This document shows, one piece after another, positions 8,282 to 18,559 of a stretch of DNA of 64,000 nt. The DNA is from Gemmatimonadota bacterium (GTDB lineage Bacteria; Gemmatimonadota; Gemmatimonadetes; Gemmatimonadales; GWC2-71-9), in the NCBI GenBank assembly GCA_022710485.1, contig JAKLGU010000002.1:2682-66681 (forward strand), in the 5' to 3' direction. The notes under the pieces were generated by a model. That model saw only the letters and a list, made by a program, of their open reading frames with translations. It did not search any database and had not been told where the DNA came from. Numbering within the stretch: the first letter of the stretch is position 1; each line of letters opens with the position of its first letter. A program made the translations under genes and the position numbers.

Positions 8282-9798
8282 TCTTCGAATTCGGCGGCTC
8301 CCCCGAGCTCGCTTCACCCCGCGAGGCGGTCTGGCGGCACCTGCAGGACGGGGACCTGATGGCGGCCTGCACTCCATCCACGCAGTCGTTCGAGATCCGG
8401 GGACCGGGTCGGTACTCGGTCAAGTGCAGCGTGGGCGCCGGGCTGGTCCGCGCGCACGTGGTCCTGGAGGCCGAGCTCCACGACCTCGTTCATCCAGAGA
8501 GCCTCCGCCTCCGCGCCACCGGAACGGCACCCGGCTCCACCCTCGACGTCGAGACGCTAGTCCGGCTCGAGGCGCTGGGGCCCGAGCGCACGCGCCTCAC
8601 CTGGAGTTCGGTGACCGGCGTGCACGGCATGCTGGCCAAGTTCGGGCGCGGGATGATCGAGGACGTCCTCCGCCAGTTCACCGAACAGTTCTGGACGAAC
8701 GTGGCGGAGCGGGTGGCGGCGGCTCCACGGAGCGGCGCGTATGCACTGACCGCCGCGGAATTGCTCGACCTGCCGCCGGCCACGGTGGACGGGGCGGTGC
8801 TCCTTGCCGGCATCGAGGCAGGCATCCGGTCACTGGCGAAGGGGCACCGCCTGGGCCCGGAGGACGTGGCCGCCGTTCGCGAGGCCGTCGCCTCCGGCGC
8901 GCTCAGCGAGCCGATCCGTCTCGCGTGGGTCGGATCGCATGAGTTGCACGAGGCCGAGGCGGCCGGCATCCTCGCCGCGGCGGCGGCGGGGCCGGGCATC
9001 GCCATCGGCGCCGTGCGTCAGGGGCGCATCGACCTCGTCGCCGCGCGCCGGGGCGTACTGGCGATTTCCCTCGAGGGCATCGAACGGGTCAACGCGATCG
9101 ACCCGCTCGAGCTGTTCACGCGCTGGAATCACCAGCCGGTGGAAGCGGGCGAGGTGGTGGCGAGCGTCAAGGCCGCACCCCACGTTGTGGACCGGGCTGC
9201 CGTCCTGGAGGGCGCCCGGGTGGCTGAGGAGCACACCCCACTGCTCATGGTGCGGCCCTATGCCGGCGTCACGATCGCCGCGGTCGTGGCGGAGCCGCTT
9301 GCGCCCGAGGGCCGGGACCGATTCGCGGGGGCCGCGCGGCTGCGCGCGGAGTCGCTGGATGGGGTGTTCCTCGGAGTGCACGACCTCGACGCCGGCGAGC
9401 CGACCACAGCCGCACGGGACGCGCTCGAGGAACTCGCCCTGCGCCAGCGGGCGGGGGTGCTGCTGATCGGGGGCGTGTCGGCCGGCGACCCTCTGGCGCC
9501 GATCTTCGCGGCGCTCGACGCGCTGGGCGGCGTGGTCTACCGGCGCGGCGTCCCCGCGCATCCAGGGTCCATGCTCTGGCTCGGCCGGCTCGGCGACACC
9601 CAGCTCCTGGGGCTGCCGCGCTGTGGCGCCTTCGGCATGGCCACGGCGGCAGACCTGCTCCTGCCGCGGCTGATGACCGGGGAGACCTTCACGGCGGCAT
9701 CCATCGCCTCCCTCGGCCACGGCGGACTGCTTGGCCGGGAGATGCGGTCCAGGTTTCCGGCGTACGCTCGCGAACTGCCCGATCCGCCCGCCTCTTGA
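8278..9798 (+). CDS. CoxG-like SRPBCC domain fused to a molybdopterin-binding (MoCF_BD-like) domain
   Basis: The N-terminal ~150 aa resemble CoxG (carbon monoxide dehydrogenase subunit G family). The C-terminal part has LLIGGVSAGDPLAP and HPGSMLWLG motifs typical of MoeA/MoCF-binding folds. An ATGA overlap joins it to the upstream gene. Confidence 0.65.
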   Translation: MIFEFGGSPELASPREAVWRHLQDGDLMAACTPSTQSFEIRGPGRYSVKCSVGAGLVRAHVVLEAELHDLVHPESLRLRATGTAPGSTLDVETLVRLEALGPERTRLTWSSVTGVHGMLAKFGRGMIEDVLRQFTEQFWTNVAERVAAAPRSGAYALTAAELLDLPPATVDGAVLLAGIEAGIRSLAKGHRLGPEDVAAVREAVASGALSEPIRLAWVGSHELHEAEAAGILAAAAAGPGIAIGAVRQGRIDLVAARRGVLAISLEGIERVNAIDPLELFTRWNHQPVEAGEVVASVKAAPHVVDRAAVLEGARVAEEHTPLLMVRPYAGVTIAAVVAEPLAPEGRDRFAGAARLRAESLDGVFLGVHDLDAGEPTTAARDALEELALRQRAGVLLIGGVSAGDPLAPIFAALDALGGVVYRRGVPAHPGSMLWLGRLGDTQLLGLPRCGAFGMATAADLLLPRLMTGETFTAASIASLGHGGLLGREMRSRFPAYARELPDPPAS

Positions 9799-9831
9799 CC
9801 TCTCCCTCGTGAAGCGGGTTATTAGAGCCTG

Positions 9832-11514
<1,683 letters not shown>

Positions 11515-11518
11515 CGCG

Positions 11519-12724
11519 ATGCGTCCCCCCGCGCCGCTCCCAACCCACCCGCCGACCGAACCGCCGGAGCCGTGGGAACCGTTCGACCCCGAGTTCAGCC
11601 GGATGATGATGGACGACGTGCTCGGGCCGATGCTCGATCACTACTTCCGCCCGGCGATCTTCGGGATGGACAACCTGCCGGCAGAGGGCCCGGTGGTCCT
11701 CGCCGCCAACCACAGCGGCAACGCCTTTCCGTACGACGCGATCATCCTCGACGCCGCGCTCTGGCGGCAGGACGGTTACGACCCGGCCAAGAAGCTCCGC
11801 GCGGTGTACGAGAAGGAGCTGTCGTACACCTGGTGGATGCGCCCGTTCGGGCTGGACGATTTCTGGCGCCGCGGCGGCGGCGTCGACATGCTCTTCGACA
11901 ACTTTGACCGCCTCATCACGCGGGGCGACCGGATCCTGTACTTCCCGGAGGGGGTCCCAGGCATCGGGAAGGGATTCAACCGCCGGTACCAGCTCCAGCG
12001 TTTCAGCACCAGCTTCGTGCTCCTGGCCGCCCGGCACCGTGCGCCGGTCATACCGGTCTACATGGTCAACGCGGAGTGGATCAACCCCTTCGGCTACGTC
12101 TTCCCTCCACTCGACCGGCTGATGCAGCGGTTCTTTGGGGTGCCGTTCCTGCCGCTGCCCGCCGGCATCCTGGCGATCATCTTCCCCTGGATCTGGTATC
12201 TCGCCTTCCCGGCCCGCACCATCTTCGTGCTCGGCCCCCCGATCGACGTGCGGCAGTACCTGACGCAGGCGGGGATGACGAACTTCGACGAGCCGGACCG
12301 GCCGACGCTTCAGCGGGCCGCGGAGCGGGTTCGCCAGGAAATGCAGCTGCAGCTCGATGCGCTGGTGAAGATCCACGGTCGGCGCCCGTACGACGCGCCG
12401 CACCTGTGGGCGGCGCTCAAGGCGGGATGGGGGAGGCTGCGGTGGGTGCTGCCGACGGGCTGGCCGATTTCGTTCGTGCGGCGGACGCGAGACCAGCACC
12501 GGCCCCCGGCGCGGAACGCGGTGCACCGAATCCTGCGGGACTGGGACCTGATCGGATTCTACCTGCCGTTCGGATGGCCGCTGCTGACGCTCGCCCGGAT
12601 GTTCCGAACGCCGCCGTGCGGGTACCGGGGGGTGCCGCGGGCGGAGCGTGCCGAGCGCCAGGGGGCCTTCATGTGGCGCCTCTCGGACCGGCCGCTACCG
12701 CCGCGCCCCTCGCGTCCGGGGTGA
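11519..12724 (+). CDS. Lysophospholipid/glycerol acyltransferase (PlsC-like)
   Basis: Acyltransferase block I ANHSGNAFPYD (HX4D-type) and block III YFPEG. Hydrophobic segment in the C-terminal half. Confidence 0.7.
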   Translation: MRPPAPLPTHPPTEPPEPWEPFDPEFSRMMMDDVLGPMLDHYFRPAIFGMDNLPAEGPVVLAANHSGNAFPYDAIILDAALWRQDGYDPAKKLRAVYEKELSYTWWMRPFGLDDFWRRGGGVDMLFDNFDRLITRGDRILYFPEGVPGIGKGFNRRYQLQRFSTSFVLLAARHRAPVIPVYMVNAEWINPFGYVFPPLDRLMQRFFGVPFLPLPAGILAIIFPWIWYLAFPARTIFVLGPPIDVRQYLTQAGMTNFDEPDRPTLQRAAERVRQEMQLQLDALVKIHGRRPYDAPHLWAALKAGWGRLRWVLPTGWPISFVRRTRDQHRPPARNAVHRILRDWDLIGFYLPFGWPLLTLARMFRTPPCGYRGVPRAERAERQGAFMWRLSDRPLPPRPSRPG

Positions 12725-13957
12725 CGCTGGCGCCACCGGCATCTCACTGGTGACCGCCACCTCGAACTGGTCGAGTGCCGTCGAGAACTGACTGGTGACC
12801 GGGTCCCGCTCGCTGAACTGATCCAGCCCCACGCTCGTCCAGATATCCCGCGGCGAATCCAAAATGTCCTCCCGCAGCGTGATGCCGTAGGGCGCCAGCA
12901 TCGGGCCGATGGTCTTGCGCCGCGCGCGCAGGTTCCGTCGCGTCGCGTCGTAGGCGAGCTCGCACACGCGGCGGCGGGAGCGGAAGCTGAAGATGTTGCT
13001 GAAGAAGAGGTCGAACTCGTTCCGCTCGGGCTGGAAGAGAAGAACCTCGGAGTCCGGGAAGCGGGTCTGGTATTCCCGCATGCCGACCTCGAGCCGCGAA
13101 TTGATGAGGGTCCGCATCGTCTGGCTCAGGACCGTCGCAAGCCCCTTCTTCAGGATGGCCCCCTCCTTCAGCTGACCGGCACTGACGGCGTCCCGCAGGT
13201 CGGCCGGCACCAGCGGGTTGACGCAGAGGAGCAGGTCGACCCCTTCTTTCAGCGCGACCGACGCGTGCAGCGTCTTCAGCAGGATGCCGTCCACGCAGTA
13301 GCGGCCCTCCACGCGCACGGGCGGGTAGAAGCCGGGCACGGCGGTGCTCGCCTGGACGGCGGTCGAGATGGGGATGTGATCCCACCCCTCGCCGCCGAAG
13401 AGGATGGGCCGGCCGCTCTCGAGATCGGTGGCCACGACGATGAGCCGCTGGCGCAGCTCCCGGAAGTCGTCGCTCCGGCCCTTGATGCTGAAGGTCCGCT
13501 CGAGGTAGCGCCGGATTGGTTCGTTGTCGAAGAGGCCGACCGGCAGCGCCCGCGCCATCTTGGTCAGCGATTCGAAGAGCGTCTGCTCCTCGGGGCCCCG
13601 CCGGAACTCGAGCATGGCGTCGGCGAAGAGCCGCGGGAGCATGAGGCTCCGCTTGGCCCACTCGCGGTAGTTCGGCGTGAAGAAGGTCTGGGGCACGAAC
13701 GGGTGCTCGCCGGCCTCGTGCTTGACCAGGGCGCGGACCATCTGCGTCGTGGTCAGGTCGTTGGCGAGCGACGAGGCGATGAACGCTCCGGCGCTCACGC
13801 CGACGTAGATGTCGAGTTCGTGGAGATTGAGGCCGTCGAGCGCCTCATCGAGGGCCCGGAGCGCGCCGATTTCGTACACGGCGCCCTCCGGGCCGCCGCC
13901 GGCCAGCGCGAGGCCGATCCGGCGGCGTTTGCTGCTGCGCCGTGCCTTGGCGGGCAT
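12695..13957 (-). CDS. Patatin-like phospholipase
   Basis: Oxyanion loop GLALAGGGPEGAVYEIG, nucleophile elbow GVSAGA (GXSXG), and catalytic Asp region VDGIL. Confidence 0.85.
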   Translation of the reverse strand: MPAKARRSSKRRRIGLALAGGGPEGAVYEIGALRALDEALDGLNLHELDIYVGVSAGAFIASSLANDLTTTQMVRALVKHEAGEHPFVPQTFFTPNYREWAKRSLMLPRLFADAMLEFRRGPEEQTLFESLTKMARALPVGLFDNEPIRRYLERTFSIKGRSDDFRELRQRLIVVATDLESGRPILFGGEGWDHIPISTAVQASTAVPGFYPPVRVEGRYCVDGILLKTLHASVALKEGVDLLLCVNPLVPADLRDAVSAGQLKEGAILKKGLATVLSQTMRTLINSRLEVGMREYQTRFPDSEVLLFQPERNEFDLFFSNIFSFRSRRRVCELAYDATRRNLRARRKTIGPMLAPYGITLREDILDSPRDIWTSVGLDQFSERDPVTSQFSTALDQFEVAVTSEMPVAPASPRTRGARR

Positions 13958-13968
13958 GGCGCGACCCT

Positions 13969-14379
13969 TTACTTGGCCGCCCGACGGGCCGCCTTCTTGG
14001 CGGGGCGCCGCTTGGCGGTCTGGACCGTGCGGGTCAACTCTTCCACCCGGCGGGTCAGCGCGAGGATTTCCTTGCGCGTCGGGATGCCGAGCTTGTTGAG
14101 GGCCGTCGCGACCCCATGATCGATCGGGGCCGACACGCGGCCGAGGGCGCCTTCGGCCTCGCCGCGCAAGGTGCGGGCGCGCCCCTGCGCCTTGTGGAGC
14201 ACCTTCTCGAGGCGCGCGCGGCCGGTCTTTTCCAGCTTGGCGCCCTTCTCGACGAGGTCCTCGAACACCTTCCCGCCCTCTTCGCTGGCGGTGGCGAGCG
14301 CGCCGAGCCCGGCGAGCCAGATGTGCTGCGCGTTGTCCTTGACGGTCAGGGCCGTGGTGCTGCGCGTCGTGCGTGCCAT
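13969..14379 (-). CDS. Phasin-family PHA granule-associated protein with a basic AKK/ARR tail
   Basis: MARTTRSTTALTVKDNAQHIWLAGLGALATASEEGGKVFEDLVEKG matches the poly(hydroxyalkanoate) granule-associated protein pattern. ATG 14379 is preceded by GGAGGAAGTT. The ORF-track N-terminal extension was rejected. Confidence 0.7.
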   Translation of the reverse strand: MARTTRSTTALTVKDNAQHIWLAGLGALATASEEGGKVFEDLVEKGAKLEKTGRARLEKVLHKAQGRARTLRGEAEGALGRVSAPIDHGVATALNKLGIPTRKEILALTRRVEELTRTVQTAKRRPAKKAARRAAK

Positions 14380-14446
14380 AACTTCCTCCTGGTGTATAGA
14401 CCGCTCTGGGTCCGTTGTTTTGAGTGCGTTCCTGCCTCGGTGTTCT

Positions 14447-14923
14447 CTATCCTTCAGCCCGGCGGCGCCGGGCGGTTGTGCTTCCCTTGCCCCTTCGTGC
14501 CCTCGGCGCGGGCGCCTCGAGCTCCCGAAGCGCCTGCTCCAGTTCGGCGATGCCCTCCCGCAGGGCCTCCATCTCGTCCCGCGCATCCCGGACCGGCGGG
14601 AGGTGGTCCACTGACGCCTTGACCAGCCGGTCCACGCCCTCCTGCAGCTGCTCCACCCGGGCCTGCAGCGCGGCCTCGCCCCGGCGGATGACGTCGTGGA
14701 AGAGGTCGGCGGAGAGGAGAGACTTGCCCTGCCGCTCGCCTTCGAGGATGATCTGCGCCAACACCTGCCGCGTCACATCCTCACCCGTTCCGCTCTCCAG
14801 CACCTGCACCTCCTGGCCCTCGCGCACCCAGCCGGCCACCTCGTCGAGCGAGACGTAGCGGCTCTCCTCGGTGTCGTAGAGTTTGCGGCTGCCGCCGCCA
14901 TAGCGCTTGACCAGTCGGACCAC
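14447..14923 (-). CDS. phaR: Polyhydroxyalkanoate synthesis repressor PhaR
   Basis: VRLVKRYGGGSRKLYDTEESRYVSLDEVAGWVREGQEVQV..TGEDVTRQVLAQIILE is the PhaR N-terminal DNA-binding signature. GTG 14923 is preceded by GGGAGGG. The promoter lies inside the longer ORF-track version. Confidence 0.85.
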   Translation of the reverse strand: MVRLVKRYGGGSRKLYDTEESRYVSLDEVAGWVREGQEVQVLESGTGEDVTRQVLAQIILEGERQGKSLLSADLFHDVIRRGEAALQARVEQLQEGVDRLVKASVDHLPPVRDARDEMEALREGIAELEQALRELEAPAPRARRGKGSTTARRRRAEG

Positions 14924-14946
14924 GGGCCCCTCCCTGAAGTGCCCGG

Positions 14947-14995
14947 AATATACCGCAGTGCGGCAAAATGTCAACCCCGCTTTGCCGCACTGCGG
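14947..14995 (-). promoter_or_regulatory. phaR promoter (TTGACA-N16-TATATT) embedded in a 15-bp perfect inverted repeat (putative PhaR operator)
   Basis: On the minus strand the -35 TTGACA is at 14974-14969 and the -10 TATATT at 14952-14947. The inverted-repeat arms CCGCAGTGCGGCAAA (14953-14967) and TTTGCCGCACTGCGG (14981-14995) are separated by 13 nt. One arm fills the promoter spacer. Confidence 0.6.
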
Positions 14996-15142
14996 CATCG
15001 CGGGCATTTCCCCCGCCTCCCCGCCGCGCGGCCCGGCCCCCTAGCCCGCCTGCGGTGCTGCTGGCGAAGTCGTTGATTTCGTGATAGATACAAGGCGTTC
15101 ACCGACCCGTACCCGCCCGGCCCCGACCTGGAGACCCGCCGC

Positions 15143-16684
15143 ATGTTCATCCCGACCCTCCTGCTCAAGAAGCTCTACACGCTCGGCAGCCTGACGAACG
15201 TCGAGCAGGGCGTCCGGTTCGGCATCAAGAACCGCCTCAGCAACGTCGACATCACCGCCGTGCTCGCCGTGACCATCGACGGGGTGCCTGTTTCCCTGGA
15301 CCAGGTCGCCATCCACCTTCCCGGCGGACGGATCCTCACCGCGAGCGCCGTGTCCGCCAGCACCCCCATCGAGTTCCCCCTCGGCATGGTCTTCACCCTG
15401 GTGGCCAAGCGCACCCCGATCGAGCCGGGGAAGCACACCATCGCCCTGTCGGTGAAGACCAAGACGTTCGGCAAGCTGAGCTTCGACGTCGAGGACACGA
15501 TCCAGGAGGGGACCCACCAGCTCGTCCGCATTCCTCGGGACGCGGATGACGATTACAGCCCGGCCGCCATCAGGGCCCGGCAGGAGTTCATCCAGAAGCA
15601 GACCGGCGCCACGCTCGAGCACGTCGGCAAACACTCGTTCGACCCGCACCTGACGAAGGGCAACTGCGAGCACTTCATCGGGGTGGCGCAGGTCCCCCTC
15701 GGGATCGCCGGGCCGGTCACGATCAACGGGGAGCACGCCAAGGGCGACTTCCTCATCCCGATGGCGACGTCCGAGGGGACGCTGGTGGCCTCGTACAACC
15801 GCGGCATCAAGGTCATCAACCTCTCCGGCGGCGCGCGGTGTACCGTCGTCGGCGACGCGATGCAGCGCGCACCCGTCTTCGTCTTCGAGGATGCCCGGGC
15901 CGGCCGGGAGTTCGTGCACTGGGTCGGGGAACAGATGCCCAAGATCCGGGAAGAGGCCGAGGCGACCTCGAGCGTGGCCAAGCTCCAGTACATCGACCCC
16001 TACCAGTCGAACAAGTTCGTCTTCCTCCGGTTCAACTACAGCACCGGCGACGCGGCCGGGCAGAACATGGTGGGACGCGCCACCTTCGCCGCCTGCAGCT
16101 GGATCCTCGACAACTACGCCGGGATCGCGCACTTCTACCTGGAGTCGAACTTCGCCACCGACAAGAAGGCGTCGCAGATCAACGTGATGCGCACGCGGGG
16201 CAAGCGGGTGACCGCGGAGGTCACCGTGCCGCGCGACGTGCTCATCCAGCAGATGCGCGTGGAGCCGGAGAGCCTGGTCTATCACCACGGCGTGGCGAAC
16301 GTCGGGGCCTTCATCAGCGGGGCCAACAACAACGGCGCCCACTCCGCCAACGGCATCACGGCGCTCTTCATCGCCACCGGGCAGGACGTGGCCAACGTCG
16401 CGGAGTCCTCGGCCGCGATCCTCTACGCCGAACTCACCCCGAAGCGCGACCTCTACCTCTCGATCACCATTCCGTCGCTGATCATCGCCACCCACGGCGG
16501 CGGCACCGGCCTGCCGACCCAGGCCGAGTGCCTGGCGATGCTGGGCTGCCGCGGCCGCGGGAAGGTCAACCAGCTGGCGGAGATCATCGCGGGCGTCGTC
16601 CTGGCCGGCGAGATCTCGCTGGGCGCGGCGATCTCCTCGTCGGACTGGGTCTCCAGCCACGAGCGATACGGCCGGAACCGGTAG
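15143..16684 (+). CDS. Class I hydroxymethylglutaryl-CoA reductase with an extra ~125-aa N-terminal domain
   Basis: CEHFIGVAQVPLGIAGP, PMATSEGTLVASYNRG, GDAAGQNMV and ATHGGGTGLPTQ are class I HMGR catalytic motifs. The N-terminal 1-125 are non-hydrophobic and look beta-rich. Confidence 0.85.
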   Translation: MFIPTLLLKKLYTLGSLTNVEQGVRFGIKNRLSNVDITAVLAVTIDGVPVSLDQVAIHLPGGRILTASAVSASTPIEFPLGMVFTLVAKRTPIEPGKHTIALSVKTKTFGKLSFDVEDTIQEGTHQLVRIPRDADDDYSPAAIRARQEFIQKQTGATLEHVGKHSFDPHLTKGNCEHFIGVAQVPLGIAGPVTINGEHAKGDFLIPMATSEGTLVASYNRGIKVINLSGGARCTVVGDAMQRAPVFVFEDARAGREFVHWVGEQMPKIREEAEATSSVAKLQYIDPYQSNKFVFLRFNYSTGDAAGQNMVGRATFAACSWILDNYAGIAHFYLESNFATDKKASQINVMRTRGKRVTAEVTVPRDVLIQQMRVEPESLVYHHGVANVGAFISGANNNGAHSANGITALFIATGQDVANVAESSAAILYAELTPKRDLYLSITIPSLIIATHGGGTGLPTQAECLAMLGCRGRGKVNQLAEIIAGVVLAGEISLGAAISSSDWVSSHERYGRNR

Positions 16685-16691
16685 CCGCGAC

Positions 16692-17708
16692 GTGCGAGCG
16701 CTCCTTGCCGACTACGCCCGGCTGCGGGCGTCGGAGCCTGTCGGGCGCGCGGTGGTCACGTCCGTCTGGGGCTCCGCCCCGCAGGCGGAAGGCGCCACGA
16801 TGCTGGTGTCCGCCAGCGGGAAGATGGCAGGCTCGGTGTCCGGGGGCTGCGTCGAAGCGGCGGTGGCGGAGGAGGTCCGCGCCGCGATGGCGCGCGGAGC
16901 CGCCAAGCTCGTGCGCTACGGCATCTCCGACGAGCGTGCCTGGGAAGTCGGTCTGGCGTGCGGCGGGTCGCTCGAGGTGCTGGTGGAGCCGGCCGTCTCC
17001 GGGCCGGTCCTCGCCGCGGCCGAGGGTCCCGGCGGGGTGGTCATCGCCACCTTTCTCGACGGTGCGGAGCCTGGGCGGAGCGTGTCGATCGACGACTCGA
17101 GCCCGGTCGAGGTGACCGACCTGGTCCGCGCCGCCAGGGAGGCGCTGCGGTCCGGCCGTTCACGGACGGTGCGGCTTCCGGTAGGTGGCACCGATGCCGG
17201 CGCCTTCCTCGAGGTGTTCCCCCGACCCCGGAAGCTGGTGATCTTCGGGGGCGTGCACGTGGCCGCCGCACTGGTCACGCTGGCCCACGCCCTCGACTAC
17301 CGAACCGTCGTAGCCGATGGCCGCGCCAGCTTCCTCACCCGGGAACGATTCCCCGACGCCGACCAGCTGATCCTGGGCTGGCCCGACGAGGCGTTTGCCC
17401 AGGCAGGGATCGATTCGGCGACCGCGGTGGCGGTGCTGACCCACGACCCGAAATTCGACGACCCGGCGCTGATGATCGCGCTCCGCTCCCCGGCGATGTA
17501 CGTGGGCGCCATTGGCTCGAAGAAGACACAGGCGGCCCGGCGCGAGCGGTTGCGCGCCGCGGGGCTGACCGACGATCAGGTGGGGAGGTTGTTCGGGCCG
17601 ATCGGGCTCGACCTCGGCGGACGAACTCCCGCGGAGACGGCCCTGGCCATCATGGCGGAAATCGTGGCGGTGCGCCACGGCGCTGCCGTGGCTCGAACGG
17701 CGGGATGA
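16692..17708 (+). CDS. XdhC/CoxI-family molybdoenzyme maturation protein
   Basis: WGSAPQAEGATMLVSASGKMAGSVSGGCVEAAV (XdhC N-domain) plus a Rossmann-like VIFGGVHVAAAL domain. Confidence 0.75.
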   Translation: MRALLADYARLRASEPVGRAVVTSVWGSAPQAEGATMLVSASGKMAGSVSGGCVEAAVAEEVRAAMARGAAKLVRYGISDERAWEVGLACGGSLEVLVEPAVSGPVLAAAEGPGGVVIATFLDGAEPGRSVSIDDSSPVEVTDLVRAAREALRSGRSRTVRLPVGGTDAGAFLEVFPRPRKLVIFGGVHVAAALVTLAHALDYRTVVADGRASFLTRERFPDADQLILGWPDEAFAQAGIDSATAVAVLTHDPKFDDPALMIALRSPAMYVGAIGSKKTQAARRERLRAAGLTDDQVGRLFGPIGLDLGGRTPAETALAIMAEIVAVRHGAAVARTAG

Positions 17709-17711
17709 GCC

Positions 17712-18077
17712 TCAGACCTGCGCGATGAGCCAGTCCTTGGCCGCTTCGATGTCGTCGAACGCGGGAATGTTGCGCTTGGAGAACCGCATTACGGTCGTGT
17801 AGACCACCTTCTGCAGTCCGGACAGCCCGACCACGGCGCCCGCAATCACGTACGGCCGGTTGTTGACGGCCAACCGCTTCACCGCCTCCAGGACCTCGCC
17901 GTTGAACCGGCTCCCCGTCACGTGGGTGAGGGTGCGGACGCTCCGGAACGGGGCGGCCTGCACGATCCGCCCTGCCTCCTCGATGGCCGCCACCGCCTCC
18001 GCCGTGCCCTCGACGTGGGCGAAGTCCAGGAAGGCGATCCGGACACCCTTGTGCTCGATGAACGTCGTTCGGGCCAT
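17712..18077 (-). CDS. Hypothetical 121-aa protein, possibly SpoIIAA/STAS-like fold
   Basis: Only the last 121 codons of ORF 17712..18842 read like protein (MARTTFIEHKGVRIAFLDF...AFDDIEAAKDWLIAQV). It is the last gene of the arg operon. The fold assignment is a guess. Confidence 0.5.
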   Translation of the reverse strand: MARTTFIEHKGVRIAFLDFAHVEGTAEAVAAIEEAGRIVQAAPFRSVRTLTHVTGSRFNGEVLEAVKRLAVNNRPYVIAGAVVGLSGLQKVVYTTVMRFSKRNIPAFDDIEAAKDWLIAQV

Positions 18078-18106
18078 TCGGTCCTCGGGGAGGGAGTCGA
18101 GTGGGG

Positions 18107-18559
18107 TCAGCGAAGCGCGGCGATCTTGCGGAGCTCGCGAAGCATGGCACGCTGGGCGGCGGCATCCCGCACGGCCACGAAGATGGTGTCGTCGCCGGCG
18201 ATCGTCCCGACCACACCGGCCCACGACAGGCGGTCGAGCGCGGCACCGACCGGGCTCGCTTCGCCGGGAGGAGTCCGGAGCACCACGAGGGCGTCGCCGG
18301 CTGTCTCGACGCCGATGAGGGCCTCCGCAATCCGCCGCAGGTCGGGATCGTCGGCAGGGCGGGCCACCATCACCGGTCGTCGGTACGTCCCGTTCACCTT
18401 GACGAGGCGCAGGGCCGCGATGTCCCGGCTGACGGAGGATTGGGTCACCTTCCATCCCTCCTCGGCCAGCGCCGCAGCGACCTCCTCCTGCGTGTGCAGC
18501 GCGCGGGTGCTGATCAGCTCGAGGATCTTCAGGTGCCGCTGCCGACGATCGGTGCTCAC
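18107..18559 (-). CDS. argR: Arginine repressor ArgR
   Basis: Winged-helix N-domain RHLKILELISTRALHTQEEVAAALAEEGWKVTQSSVSRDI and C-terminal oligomerisation/arginine-binding motif GTIAGDDTIFV. Confidence 0.85.
   Translation of the reverse strand: MSTDRRQRHLKILELISTRALHTQEEVAAALAEEGWKVTQSSVSRDIAALRLVKVNGTYRRPVMVARPADDPDLRRIAEALIGVETAGDALVVLRTPPGEASPVGAALDRLSWAGVVGTIAGDDTIFVAVRDAAAQRAMLRELRKIAALR

Noticed and set aside
15068-15092. AT-rich patch GTTGATTTCGTGATAGATACAAGG upstream of HMG-CoA reductase as a promoter
   Set aside because: Possible hexamers (TGGCGA-N17-TAGATA) match the consensus at only 3/6 positions each. The patch is noted but not good enough to annotate.
15041-16660. 539-aa minus-strand ORF opposite HMG-CoA reductase
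   Set aside because: It is a shadow of a gene with unambiguous catalytic motifs, and its composition is dominated by Arg/Gly/Asp/Val.
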